Source: a bacterium
Lineage (GTDB): Bacteria; Zhuqueibacterota; Zhuqueibacteria; Residuimicrobiales; Krinioviventaceae
Direction of reading: 5' to 3'
DNA length: 64,000 nucleotides
Assembly: GCA_963693055.1 (NCBI GenBank)
Contig: OY843751.1
Coordinates: 6,432,001 to 6,496,000 of the forward strand
Part shown: piece after piece, positions 28,316 through 38,920 of the stretch
Numbering within the stretch: the first letter of the stretch is position 1
How the letters are laid out: every line of letters begins with the position of its first letter
The notes under the pieces: model-generated
The model's database searches: none
Told to the model about the DNA's origin: nothing
The model's input: the letters and a program-made list of their open reading frames with translations, nothing else
Translations under genes and position numbers: made by a program

Positions 28316-29899
28316 TTATTCTTCATGTATGGGTACCAGGGGAGGAAGTTTGTAATATTCGCGAAGACGGACCAGCTCTTTTTTCAATTTCTGAATGGTA
28401 TCAGCATATTGGGGATTGTCGTACTGGCTTTTCATCTCGTTTGGATCTTTTTCCAGATCATAAAATTCCCATTCGTTAAGATCATAATAATTAATCAATT
28501 TATATCGTTTTGTTGCAACGCCTTCGTGTCTGCGCACACTGTGTACGGCGGGGTATTCATAATAATGGTAATACAGTGATTTCCGCCAGTCTGCCGGTGT
28601 TTTTCCTTTCAAAATGGGAACAAGACTTTCACCCTGCATGTCTTGCGGTTGTTCAAGGCCTGCAATGTCTAAAAATGTTTGAGCAAAGTCGAGGTTTGAC
28701 GTTAGATCTGTATTAACTGTTCCCGCAGGTGTAACACCGGGCCATTTGGCCAGCAATGGAGTACGGTAGGATTCTTCATACATGAATCGTTTGTCAAACC
28801 AGCCATGCTCACCCAGATAAAAGCCCTGGTCAGAAGAATACATAACGACAGTATTGTCTGCCAGCCCGCTTTCCTGCAAATAATTGAGCACTCTGCCTAC
28901 ACTTTCGTCTACCGCGCGGATGCAGCCCAAATAGTCCTGCAGATAGCGCTGGTATTTCCATTTGACCAGTTCTTTACCCTCAAGGTTAGCTTTGCGATAG
29001 TATTCGTTTTTAGGCTCGTAAGCTTTGTCCCAGGCGGCACGTTGAACATCTGTCATGCGCCCATGAATGCGTCTTTCCAGTTCTTTGTCTTTGGCTTTCA
29101 AGGTCTTGACTTTAAGGTCGGTTACAATGCGCATGGTTTTGTCGATTGTCATATCTTGTTTATGAGCGGCAGTACCACGTCCGCTGTAATCGTCAAACAG
29201 GCTTGGAGGTTCCGGAAATTTAACATCATCAAAAATGTTGAGATGACGTATGGCAGGAGACCATTCACGGTGAGGTGCTTTGTGCTGCATCATGAGAATA
29301 AAAGGCTTTTCGGTATCACGACCTTCTTTGAGCCAGTTGATTGCTTTGTCTGTAATAAGATCAGTAACATATCCGTTTTCCTGATGAGTTCCTTCAGCCG
29401 TACGAAAATCCGGATTATAGTAATGGCCCTGACCGGGTAATACTTCCCAGTAATCAAATCCGGTAGGTTCGGCTTTCAGGTGCCACTTGCCAAGTATAGC
29501 TGTTTGATAGCCGCCTGACTGCATTAATTTGGGGAATGTTTGCTGGGTGTTGTCGAATACGTCTTTATTGTCTTTAACGGAATTGAGATGACTGTGTTTG
29601 CCTGTTTGAATGGTTGCCCGAGATGGCGCGCAGATGGAATTGGTTACATAGCATTTGTCAAAACGGATTCCCTCATTTGCAATTCTGTCAATATTAGGTG
29701 TGGGAGCAACTTCTGCCAGGCGGTCTTTATACGCGCTGATGGCCTGGTAAGCATGGTCATCGGAAAAGATGAACAGAATGTTGGGCTTTTTTTTAAACAA
29801 TCCACATCCGGTAATGCCGGATGAAAACAGGGTCAACGCTGCTGCACCTCCACCCATTTTTTTTAGAAACGATCTTCGAGATTCCTGGTTTTTGTGCAT
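28316..29899 (-). CDS. Tat-exported S1 sulfatase (N-acetylglucosamine-6-sulfatase-like)
   Basis: SRRSFL; [11 protein letters not shown]; CAPSR FGly motif; GKWHL; HKAPHR; [16 protein letters not shown]. Confidence 0.92.
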   Translation of the reverse strand: MHKNQESRRSFLKKMGGGAAALTLFSSGITGCGLFKKKPNILFIFSDDHAYQAISAYKDRLAEVAPTPNIDRIANEGIRFDKCYVTNSICAPSRATIQTGKHSHLNSVKDNKDVFDNTQQTFPKLMQSGGYQTAILGKWHLKAEPTGFDYWEVLPGQGHYYNPDFRTAEGTHQENGYVTDLITDKAINWLKEGRDTEKPFILMMQHKAPHREWSPAIRHLNIFDDVKFPEPPSLFDDYSGRGTAAHKQDMTIDKTMRIVTDLKVKTLKAKDKELERRIHGRMTDVQRAAWDKAYEPKNEYYRKANLEGKELVKWKYQRYLQDYLGCIRAVDESVGRVLNYLQESGLADNTVVMYSSDQGFYLGEHGWFDKRFMYEESYRTPLLAKWPGVTPAGTVNTDLTSNLDFAQTFLDIAGLEQPQDMQGESLVPILKGKTPADWRKSLYYHYYEYPAVHSVRRHEGVATKRYKLINYYDLNEWEFYDLEKDPNEMKSQYDNPQYADTIQKLKKELVRLREYYKLPPLVPIHEE

Positions 29900-29962
29900 A
29901 AAAGCCTCTCTTTATGATTTAATGGATTTATGCTATTTTGACTGGTTTTTGCTAAATATTGA

Positions 29963-30490
29963 CTAGACTGATTTGTAACGATTTATAAAAATTTTACTAT
30001 TTTTTAATTCTTTGTCTGGTGTTTTGGTGTTTTCTTCATCGGGATACCCCAATGCAATAATGGATTCGATTTTGACATTTCTGGGGATATGTAGTAATTG
30101 TTGAATGTACGCTTCTGATGTTTGACCGCTCTCATGCATACGATTGCGAATCTGTATCCAGCAGCTGCCAAGGCCCAGAGACTCTGCTGTTAATTGAGCA
30201 ATGATAGAAGCTATTGAGCAGTCTTCTATCCAAACATCGCTTTGGTTATCGTCACCGCACACCAGAATACCTAATGGCGCGTTTGCAAGGAACGCGGCTC
30301 CATGCGGCTTAGCAGTAGCCAGCTTTGTTAACAAATTCCGATCATCTATTATAATGAATTCCCAGGGTGTTCTGTTTTTGGAAGAGGGAGAGCGCAAGAT
30401 GGCTTCTTTAATGATTTCTATATGTTCAGGGCTGACGGGTTTGTTCTCAAAGTGCCTTACGCTTTTCCTGTTTCGTAATATATTAATCAT
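29963..30490 (-). CDS. Nitroreductase family protein
   Basis: RKSVRHF, SPSSKNRTPWEF, LGLGSCWIQ, IIALGYP. Confidence 0.9.
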   Translation of the reverse strand: MINILRNRKSVRHFENKPVSPEHIEIIKEAILRSPSSKNRTPWEFIIIDDRNLLTKLATAKPHGAAFLANAPLGILVCGDDNQSDVWIEDCSIASIIAQLTAESLGLGSCWIQIRNRMHESGQTSEAYIQQLLHIPRNVKIESIIALGYPDEENTKTPDKELKNSKIFINRYKSV

Positions 30491-30750
30491 TTTAATGGTC
30501 CCATATCTATGAATATCCTATAGTTGAATATATTATCTGAATAGCAATGAAGCAATAAAAAAGTCTGACATTTTGAGGTTATTCTCTAATATTCATGGCT
30601 GAAATATTTGAGAATAACCAGTTTGGATATATGCCTGGAAATTTTAGTGGCATATTATAAAAAAAGTATTAATTTATTAATGGGTATATTTGGGAAAAAT
30701 AATGGGATTGTATTCTCAAAAAGATATTTTCCTGATCGGAGGTCGAAACT

Positions 30751-31953
30751 ATGGTAAAATCCATTGATCGCAGAAAATTTATTGCCGGGACAGGTGCAGC
30801 GGCATTAACATTTTCTATTGTCAAACCCGAACAAGTCAGAGGGTCAGTAGCCAATTCAAAGTTGGAATTGGGATTGATAGGCTGTGGGGGACGTGGTAAA
30901 TGGATCGCAAAGCTGTTCGAGGAGCATGAAGGTTATCGATTTACGGCAGGGGCAGATTATTTTCAAGATAAAATAGATGTATTTCAGGAACAATTTAATA
31001 TAGAAAAAACACGGTGCTTTACCGGTTTGGATGGATATAAACGGCTTTTAGACAGTAAGGTGGATGCAATAGTTGTTCAAAGCCCGCCATATTTTCATCC
31101 CATGCATGCTGCTGCCGGAGTGGAAGCAGGAGTGCATGTGTATCTTGCAAAACCGGTTGCTGTTGATGTGCCGGGCACACTTTCCGTTGAGAAAAGTGGT
31201 AAAAAGGCAACAGAAAAGGGACTTGTATTTCTGGTTGATTTTCAAACGCGCGCGCATGAGTATTATCAGGAGGCAGTAAAACGGGTACAGTTTGGTGATA
31301 TTGGTCCCATTGTTTCGGGAGAAGCCAGTTATTTTGCTGGTATTACCTGGGGCAAGGCTTATGATTTGTACAAACAAACCCCGCTCAGTGCTGAGAACAG
31401 GCTCCGTGGTTGGGGGCTTGACCAGGCACTCTCTGGCGATGTAATTACTGAGCAGAATATTCACGCGCTTGATGTAGCAAGCTGGATATTGGACGCGCAT
31501 CCTGAATCGGCAATTGGAACCTGCGGAAGAAACCGCAAGTATGGCGATTGTAATGATCATTTTTCCGTGATGTTTACATTTCCCGGCAATGTAGTGGTTA
31601 CTTTTAATTCCAAGCAGTTTGGCAAAGGGTATGATGATATTTTGTGCAGAATGTATGGAACCCGTGGTACTTTAGATACACATTATTTTGGCTCTGTGAG
31701 CATTCAGGGTGACAAACCCTATAAAGGCGGTGAGCTGGGTCATCTGTATAAAGATGGCGCTGTTAGTAATATTGCGGATTTTCAAAAGTTTATTTCGAGC
31801 GGACAAACTGCAAACACAACTGTACCTGCAAGTGTACGCAGTAATTTGACTACTATTCTGGGACGTACAGCCGCTTATCAAAAGAAACTGATCTCGTGGC
31901 AGGAAATGATGACTGCAAATGAAGAATTAATACCCGATTTAGCCGGATTGTAA
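30751..31953 (+). CDS. Tat-exported Gfo/Idh/MocA oxidoreductase
   Basis: DRRKFI; GLIGCGGRG; HVYLAKPVAVD; SGDVITEQNIHALD. Confidence 0.9.
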   Translation: MVKSIDRRKFIAGTGAAALTFSIVKPEQVRGSVANSKLELGLIGCGGRGKWIAKLFEEHEGYRFTAGADYFQDKIDVFQEQFNIEKTRCFTGLDGYKRLLDSKVDAIVVQSPPYFHPMHAAAGVEAGVHVYLAKPVAVDVPGTLSVEKSGKKATEKGLVFLVDFQTRAHEYYQEAVKRVQFGDIGPIVSGEASYFAGITWGKAYDLYKQTPLSAENRLRGWGLDQALSGDVITEQNIHALDVASWILDAHPESAIGTCGRNRKYGDCNDHFSVMFTFPGNVVVTFNSKQFGKGYDDILCRMYGTRGTLDTHYFGSVSIQGDKPYKGGELGHLYKDGAVSNIADFQKFISSGQTANTTVPASVRSNLTTILGRTAAYQKKLISWQEMMTANEELIPDLAGL

Positions 31954-31969
31954 AAGCAGGAAACCCGCA

Positions 31970-32731
31970 ATGAAATCAAAAATGTTTTTTGCAGTATTGA
32001 TGATTTTATGTACTCTATTTGTAAATATTAAAGCGCAATCAGAAAGCCCCGATAAAATTGTCAATTCAACAGGTATCGATCTTGTGCTTGTGCCCGCAGG
32101 CAGTTTTGTAATGGGAAGCCCTTTTGGAGAAAGATGGCACCAGAATGATGAATTGCCGCACAAAGTGACCCTGACAAAATCTTTTTATATGAGTGCTGCC
32201 GAGATTACCCAGGTTCAATGGGAAAGTATAATGGGCTTTAACCGAAGCGACAACAAGGGCGATGATCTACCGGTTGAAAAGATAAGCTGGAAAGACGCAG
32301 TATCTTTTTGTGAAAAACTATCTGTCAAAGAAGGCAGAACCTACCGGTTGCCTACTGAAGCGGAATGGGAATATGCCTGCCGCGCAGGATCAGAAGCTTC
32401 TATTGGCGGTTTGGATAATTTACATACATCAGCATGGTACAGTGAAAACAGTGATGAGTTAACCCACCCGGTAAAACAGAAACAGGCAAATGCCTGGGGA
32501 TTGTATGATATGCTGGGTAATGTGTCTGAATGGTGCGCGGATATCTATGAAAAAGATTACCCTGAATGTGGATCGATTGATCCAACCGGGGCCGAATTCG
32601 GACCGTTACGGGTTATTCGGGGAGGAGCTTTTGATACGTTTCCACCGGGGCTGCGATGTGCTGCGCGGACTAGTGCTCCGGCATCTTATCAATTTACTCA
32701 GACCGGATTCAGGATCGTTTTGGAACTGTAG
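31970..32731 (+). CDS. FGE-sulfatase (SUMF1-like) domain protein
   Basis: PAGSFVMGS, RLPTEAEWEYACRAG, NAWGLYDMLGNVSEW, RGG, GFR. Confidence 0.9.
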   Translation: MKSKMFFAVLMILCTLFVNIKAQSESPDKIVNSTGIDLVLVPAGSFVMGSPFGERWHQNDELPHKVTLTKSFYMSAAEITQVQWESIMGFNRSDNKGDDLPVEKISWKDAVSFCEKLSVKEGRTYRLPTEAEWEYACRAGSEASIGGLDNLHTSAWYSENSDELTHPVKQKQANAWGLYDMLGNVSEWCADIYEKDYPECGSIDPTGAEFGPLRVIRGGAFDTFPPGLRCAARTSAPASYQFTQTGFRIVLEL

Positions 32732-32768
32732 ACAAGAAATTATATATATTTAGGAGCAGTAATATATT

Positions 32769-34055
32769 ATGAGTATCAAGAGAAGAGATTTTTTAAAACA
32801 GGCGGGTTTGCTGGCTGGTGCTGCATCAGTTATACCGGCATCAGCCTGGAGTAGCAGCAATGTGATGCCCAATGACCGTATCACCCTGGGTTTTATTGGT
32901 GTTGGTAAACAGGGGGAAGGCCTTTTACGCGGATTTTTAAATTCACCGGAAACACATGTGCTTGCAGTTTGTGATGTTGACGCGAATAAAATGGAGCGGG
33001 CTAGAAAAAATGTGGACGCGTATTATTCCAAGCAAAAGGAATTGAATTATAAAGGATGTGATGCTTATCGTGATTTTAGAGATGTTCTGGAACGTAAAGA
33101 TATTGACGCGGTAGTTATTGCAACGCCTGATCACTGGCACGCTATACCTGCAATCATGGCTGCGAGGGCTGGTAAAGACATTTACTGTGAAAAACCTCTG
33201 ACCTTGACCATTGCTGAAGGCCGTGAAATGGTTAACGAAGTTCGCCGTCATAACCGTGTGTTCCAGACAGGCAGCATGCAGCGATCTAGTAGTGGTTTTC
33301 GTCAAGCATGCGAACTGGTCCGTAATGGTTATATTGGTGATGTCAAAACAGTACGTGTTAGCATTCGTACGGGATTTATCCCTCATCCTATTGTTTGTGA
33401 ATTGCCTGAAGAACCAAAACCCGCCGAGTTGGATTGGGACATGTGGCAGGGCCCCGCTCCAAACCGTCCTTACAATGCTATTTTGGCTCCTCCAATCAGT
33501 TTTACCGGATATCCGGCATGGCGTAATTATCGAGATTATTCCGGTGGCGGCATGACAGATTGGGGCGCGCACCATTTTGATATAGCGCAATGGGGGTTGG
33601 GTATGGATTACAGCGGCCCGGTAGAGATTAATCCCCCCGATGATAAAGATTATAAATTGTTAACATATAAATATGCCAATGGCGTGGTGATGGATACGGA
33701 CTTTGATGATAATCGTATTTTGTTTACAGGCACCGATGGCTGGATAGATGTAAACAGGTCATATTTAAAGGCAAGTAACCCCAAGTTGGTAAACCACAAG
33801 ATTGGACCGAATGAGATTCGACTGTATCACAGTAATGATCATCATGATGACTGGCTGCAAGCCATTAGAAACCGACGAATCCCCATTACAGATGTGGAAA
33901 TTGGTTGTCGGTCTGTTACAGTATGCCATCTTGGTAACCTTGCCGTTCAGTTGGGTAGGAAATTACAATGGGACCCGGATACAGAAAATTTTGTTAATGA
34001 CCCGGAAGCAAACAGGCTTAAAGAACGCTCAAAGCGGAGTCCCTGGTATTTGTAA
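32769..34055 (+). CDS. Tat-exported Gfo/Idh/MocA oxidoreductase (tandem paralog 1)
   Basis: KRRDFL; ATPDHWH; DIYCEKP; QTGSMQRS; GGGMTDWGAHHFD. Confidence 0.9.
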   Translation: MSIKRRDFLKQAGLLAGAASVIPASAWSSSNVMPNDRITLGFIGVGKQGEGLLRGFLNSPETHVLAVCDVDANKMERARKNVDAYYSKQKELNYKGCDAYRDFRDVLERKDIDAVVIATPDHWHAIPAIMAARAGKDIYCEKPLTLTIAEGREMVNEVRRHNRVFQTGSMQRSSSGFRQACELVRNGYIGDVKTVRVSIRTGFIPHPIVCELPEEPKPAELDWDMWQGPAPNRPYNAILAPPISFTGYPAWRNYRDYSGGGMTDWGAHHFDIAQWGLGMDYSGPVEINPPDDKDYKLLTYKYANGVVMDTDFDDNRILFTGTDGWIDVNRSYLKASNPKLVNHKIGPNEIRLYHSNDHHDDWLQAIRNRRIPITDVEIGCRSVTVCHLGNLAVQLGRKLQWDPDTENFVNDPEANRLKERSKRSPWYL

Positions 34056-34073
34056 AAAAAACAGGAGAACAGT

Positions 34074-35390
34074 GTGGAAAACAAAAAAATTGACAGGCGT
34101 GGATTTGTAAAACGTACATTGGGCGCGGGTATTGCGGCTGCAGCATTTCCGGCAATTATTCCGGCAACGGTATTAGGAAAAAACGGAGCAATTGCCCCCA
34201 GCAATAAAGTAACCATGGCTTGTATTGGTGTTGGCTGGCAGGGTACATGGAATATGGAAAATTTCCTCAGCGAAGACGACTGTCATATAATTGCGGTTTG
34301 TGATATTGATAAAGATCATCTTGCAAATGCTAAAGATATTGTTGATAGAAAATATGACAATAAAGATTGTAAAGCATATCATAATTTTAGAGATGTATTG
34401 GCACGTAAAGATATAGATACGGTTTGTCTCAGTCTTCCGGATCACTGGCATTCAATTCCTGCAATTGAAGCGGCAAAAGCCGGAAAAGATATATTTGGTG
34501 AAAAGCCTTTTTCTCATAGTCTTGTAGAAGGCCGGGCTATGGTGAATGCTGTTACTAAATATAACCGTATCTGGCAAACCGGTAGTTGGCAGCGGTCTCA
34601 ATCCAACTTTCGGTTTGGTGCAGAGCTTGTATTGAATGGTCGTATTGGTAAATTGCACACTGTTGAAGTGGGCTTACCCGCGGGCCATTCTGATTTTGCG
34701 AATACTAAAGGACAGGATGTAATTTCTACACCACCACCTGAGCTGGATTATGAAACCTGGGTGGGTCCTGCTCCTTATCTTCCATATGTTAAATCATATG
34801 TACATAAAAACTGGCGCTGGCGTCTTGAGTTTGGTGGCGGTCAGTTGATGGACTGGGTAGGTCATCATGTAGATATTGCACACTGGGGTATGGGTACCGA
34901 GTATACTGGTCCGGTTGAAATTGAAGGTACCGGTGAATATCCTGCAACAGGTGTTTGGAATACTGCCGGTAAATATTGGGTCGATACTGTATATCCCAAT
35001 GGTGTGAAAATGGTTATGGCCGGCGGTTACCCGGAAATTCGTGGCGGCACAAAATGGATTGGAGATAAAGGATGGGTCTTTGTAACCCGTGGTGGTGTGC
35101 TTGAAGCATCTGATCCTACCTTGAAACGGGAAGTTATTGGACCGAATGAGATCCATTTGTTTGAATCTCCCGGTCATTGGCGTAATTTTATTGATTGTGT
35201 TAAAACACGTAAAGAAACCATTACCCCTTGTGAAGTTGCGCACCGTTCCGCATCACCAGGTCACCTGGGTCAAATCTCAATGCTGCTGGGACGTAAATTG
35301 AAATTTAATCCCGATACCGAAGAAATTATCGGTGATGATGCTGCATCCAGAATGCTTGGCAACAGTATGAGAAGTCCCTGGCACTTGTAA
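34074..35390 (+). CDS. Tat-exported Gfo/Idh/MocA oxidoreductase (tandem paralog 2)
   Basis: DRRGFV; LPDHWH; GEKP; QTGSWQRS; GGQLMDWVGHHVD. Confidence 0.9.
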   Translation: MENKKIDRRGFVKRTLGAGIAAAAFPAIIPATVLGKNGAIAPSNKVTMACIGVGWQGTWNMENFLSEDDCHIIAVCDIDKDHLANAKDIVDRKYDNKDCKAYHNFRDVLARKDIDTVCLSLPDHWHSIPAIEAAKAGKDIFGEKPFSHSLVEGRAMVNAVTKYNRIWQTGSWQRSQSNFRFGAELVLNGRIGKLHTVEVGLPAGHSDFANTKGQDVISTPPPELDYETWVGPAPYLPYVKSYVHKNWRWRLEFGGGQLMDWVGHHVDIAHWGMGTEYTGPVEIEGTGEYPATGVWNTAGKYWVDTVYPNGVKMVMAGGYPEIRGGTKWIGDKGWVFVTRGGVLEASDPTLKREVIGPNEIHLFESPGHWRNFIDCVKTRKETITPCEVAHRSASPGHLGQISMLLGRKLKFNPDTEEIIGDDAASRMLGNSMRSPWHL

Positions 35391-35396
35391 AAACAA

Positions 35397-36704
35397 ATGG
35401 AGGCATTTTTGAAAAGACGACATTTTTTAAAAGCGGCGGCACTAAGTGCGGGCGCGGCAGCTTTTCCGACAATCGTCCCTGCAACTGCATTGGGAAAGAA
35501 TGGAGCTGTAGCTGCGAATGATCGTATTGTTATGGGTTTTATCGGACTGGGGGGCATGGGTACCGGTAATTTGAACGGGTTTTTGGGTAAATCTGATGCG
35601 CATGTTGTTGCGGTTTGTGATGTAGATACGGATCATCGAAATGAAGCAAAAGAAATGATAGATAGAAAATATGGGAATCAAGATTGTGAATCCTATAATG
35701 ATTTTCGTGAATTGCTGGAACGGGATGATCTGGATGCCATTTGTAATGCAACACCTGATCATTGGCATGCAATTGTATCTACACGTGCTGCCAGAAAAGG
35801 ATTAGATATATACCAGGAAAAACCGCTTGCATATACTATTGCTGAAGGTCGTGCCATACTTGACGCGGTTGAAAAATATGGAATTATTTTTCAAACCGGT
35901 AGTCAGCAGCGATCGAGCAGTAATTTTCGTTTTGCCTGTGAATTGGTAAGAAACGGCAGAATAGGCCAGGTAGATATGGTCAAGGTGGGGTTACCTTCTA
36001 AAAGCAGTATACGAGATTATGGTGTAGAGTTTACCAAACCTCCGAAAGGTTTTGATTATGATATGTGGCTGGGACCCGCACCCAAAGTTCCTTATAGTCC
36101 AGGTAGATGCCACTGGAATTTTCGCTGGATCAGCGACTATTCAGGTGGGCAGCTAACCGATTGGGCAGGTCACCATATAGATATAGCTCAATGGGGCATG
36201 GATTCGGAAATGACGGCTCCTATTGAAATTGAAGGAACCGGAGTTTTCCCATCTGGAGATACAATTCTTTATGATACCATGGAGAGCTATGAATTTGATT
36301 GTAAATATAAAAAAGGATTTACGATTAAAGTAATGGACAGGGACCGTCATCCACGCGGTATGGGTGTAATATTTGAAGGCACTGAAGGATGGGTTTATGT
36401 TACACGTGGTGAGATTGATGCACATCCCAAATCGTTACTTCGATCTACTATTGGTCCTAATGAAGTTCATTTGTATGAAAGTAATGACCACCGCCAAAAT
36501 TTTTTGGATTGTGTGCGCACTCGTCAGGAGCCCATTGCACCTGCCAGAGTTGCACATCGCTCCATTATGGTGGCGCATCTGGGCTTGACAGCCATAAAGA
36601 TGGGACAGAAACTGTACTGGGATCCGGAAAAGGAACAGTACGTAAACAATCCGGAAGCGAACCGGTATTTGTCTCGGGCAATGAGAAGTCCCTGGAAATT
36701 ATAA
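35397..36704 (+). CDS. Tat-exported Gfo/Idh/MocA oxidoreductase (tandem paralog 3)
   Basis: KRRHFL; TPDHWH; QEKP; QTGSQQRS; GGQLTDWAGHHID. The real start may be TTG at 35409, after GGAGG. Confidence 0.9.
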   Translation: MEAFLKRRHFLKAAALSAGAAAFPTIVPATALGKNGAVAANDRIVMGFIGLGGMGTGNLNGFLGKSDAHVVAVCDVDTDHRNEAKEMIDRKYGNQDCESYNDFRELLERDDLDAICNATPDHWHAIVSTRAARKGLDIYQEKPLAYTIAEGRAILDAVEKYGIIFQTGSQQRSSSNFRFACELVRNGRIGQVDMVKVGLPSKSSIRDYGVEFTKPPKGFDYDMWLGPAPKVPYSPGRCHWNFRWISDYSGGQLTDWAGHHIDIAQWGMDSEMTAPIEIEGTGVFPSGDTILYDTMESYEFDCKYKKGFTIKVMDRDRHPRGMGVIFEGTEGWVYVTRGEIDAHPKSLLRSTIGPNEVHLYESNDHRQNFLDCVRTRQEPIAPARVAHRSIMVAHLGLTAIKMGQKLYWDPEKEQYVNNPEANRYLSRAMRSPWKL

Positions 36705-36744
36705 TAATCTGGTAAATAAAATTTAACTATAAATAGAGTAGAGG

Positions 36745-38808
36745 ATGGTTCACATGAAAAAACGTTTAAACTTTTCAGCATATGTTCTGCTGATTTGTGT
36801 TTCAGTTTTTGCTGCTTCAGCAGTTTTTTCTCAAACAACAACAGAAAAAGTAAACGCGCTGCTCAAAGACATTCAAACATATGATTTTGGTCAGAGTCGT
36901 GCCGCATTATCTGAATTTAGCGATTTGATGAAAAATGTACTGGATTCGAATGCAGACAAGGCTGCGGCTGAAAAATCCATGATCAGTTTTCTTGAAACTG
37001 ATGCAACCTTTGCAGGAAAACAATTTGTTTGTAAACAGCTCTCCATTATTGGAACCAGCGAATCTGTTCCGGTATTGAGCAAATTGCTTGTAAATTCAGA
37101 AACATCTGATATTGCGCTTTATGCGTTGGAAAGAATTCCCGGAACAGCGGTAGATGATGCACTTTTGGCAGCCCTTGGGAAATCAAAAGGAAATGTTAAA
37201 GTTGGCATTATTAATACACTGGGACAGAGAAAAACCGCTTCTGCTGTGAAAAGCCTGGGAAAAACTGCAGCTGATAAAAATGCAGAGATTGCCGGCTCTT
37301 CTCTTGCCGCTTTGGGAAAGATTGCAACAACTGATGCTGCCGATGCGCTTGCCAAGGCTGTGAAAAAAAGCAAAGGTAATTTAAAAGCACTGGCGCTCGA
37401 TGCATGGCTGCAGAGTGCGGATGGTCTTGCTGCTAAAAATAAAGACGCGGCAATGAAAATTTATGAATCTGTTTATGAAAACGAAAAATCTACTCCTGCA
37501 CGTATTGCTGCATTAAGAGGTATGGTAGCCGTAAAGGGAGCAGGTGCTGTAGATGTTCTTGTAAAAGCTTTGGATAAAGATGTTGCTATTCAAACTGCTG
37601 CAATTGGTCTTGTTAAAGAATTGCCTGCAACTAGCAATCTCAAACCTTTGATAGCCAAGTTGGACAAACTGTCAGAAATGGGCCAGGTAAGATTATTGAC
37701 GGCTTTGGCAGATCGTCGAGAAGTGGCTGCTAAAACAGCTGTTTTGAGTGCTGTAAAAGCCAATGACGAACAAGTCAAAATTGCAGCATTAAAAGCATTG
37801 TCTCGAATTGGTGATGATTCTGATGTAGATTTGCTTGCAGAGATTGCTGCCAATAGTTCTGCAGATGTAAAAGAAACGGCCCAACTGAGTCTTGACAGGC
37901 TGGATGCTCCGGCAGTTGACAAAAAGATCATTTCTTCTATGAATGCATCAGACTCCAAGGTGAAAGCAGAACTGGTCCGTAGTGCCGGTGCAAGAAATAT
38001 TCTATCAGCAACCGATATGTTGTTAAAAACGGCAAAAGACAATGACCGTGTTGTTCGCCGTGAAGCATTTAAAGCATTGGCAACATTGTCAACCCCCGAT
38101 AATTTTGATGAGCTTATCAATTTAACCGTTAATGAAGAAAACAATACCATTCGTCAGGAAGCGGTTAAAACTCTGGTTGCTGTTGCATTAAAGATTGATG
38201 GTGACAGAGGAGAAAAAATCCGTAAAGCAGCAGAAAAAGAAAAAGAGATTGAAGCGAAAAGCGCATTACTGCAAGCATTGGGACGCCTGGGTGACCAGCA
38301 GTCACTAACATTGATGCGTAAAAATCTCAACTCTGAAAATGTAGAACTGCAAAAAGCTGCTGTACGCGCGCTGGCTCTTTGGACCGACACCAGCCCAATT
38401 GATGATTTGTTATCAATTGCTAAAACTACAGACAATGGTACTGTTAAAATTCTAGCTTTGCGTGGTTATGTTGATTTGTTAAAGCTGGATAGTAACCGTA
38501 ATGATGAAGAATCTTTGGTGTTATATAAAGTGGCGATGGATTTGGCTACAGAAGTTTCTGAACAGCGTATGGTTCTTTCAGGCGTTTCTGATTTGCGCAG
38601 CATAAATGCATTAACCATGGTTGCAAGTTATCTTGGAGATGAGAATTTAAAACGCGAAGCAGAAGTAGCGGCAACTGAAATTGGTAACCGAGTATATCAA
38701 CTTGATCCTGATTATGTTACAGAGATAATGAATAAGGTGTTGAAGCAAACAGATAACGATAGTGTTATCAATACTGCAAACAAGGTATTGCAAAAGATAA
38801 ATAGTTGA
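36745..38808 (+). CDS. Secreted HEAT-repeat protein
   Basis: Signal peptide; repeated A..ALG.IG / ALRG helical pairs. Confidence 0.85.
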   Translation: MVHMKKRLNFSAYVLLICVSVFAASAVFSQTTTEKVNALLKDIQTYDFGQSRAALSEFSDLMKNVLDSNADKAAAEKSMISFLETDATFAGKQFVCKQLSIIGTSESVPVLSKLLVNSETSDIALYALERIPGTAVDDALLAALGKSKGNVKVGIINTLGQRKTASAVKSLGKTAADKNAEIAGSSLAALGKIATTDAADALAKAVKKSKGNLKALALDAWLQSADGLAAKNKDAAMKIYESVYENEKSTPARIAALRGMVAVKGAGAVDVLVKALDKDVAIQTAAIGLVKELPATSNLKPLIAKLDKLSEMGQVRLLTALADRREVAAKTAVLSAVKANDEQVKIAALKALSRIGDDSDVDLLAEIAANSSADVKETAQLSLDRLDAPAVDKKIISSMNASDSKVKAELVRSAGARNILSATDMLLKTAKDNDRVVRREAFKALATLSTPDNFDELINLTVNEENNTIRQEAVKTLVAVALKIDGDRGEKIRKAAEKEKEIEAKSALLQALGRLGDQQSLTLMRKNLNSENVELQKAAVRALALWTDTSPIDDLLSIAKTTDNGTVKILALRGYVDLLKLDSNRNDEESLVLYKVAMDLATEVSEQRMVLSGVSDLRSINALTMVASYLGDENLKREAEVAATEIGNRVYQLDPDYVTEIMNKVLKQTDNDSVINTANKVLQKINS

Positions 38809-38920
38809 TTTTTGTAAAAATTTGTAAAATGTATAACACCTTTTGCTTATTCATTGAATGTAACGGGATAAATTAGTAATTTCCATGATAAGAGTTTTTT
38901 AATATTTAAGGAGGTCTACT

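Noticed and set aside
31970-32731. FGE-sulfatase domain as a DGR target or a true formylglycine-generating enzyme
   Set aside because: No template repeat or RT in the window, and the catalytic Cys pair of true FGE is not evident.
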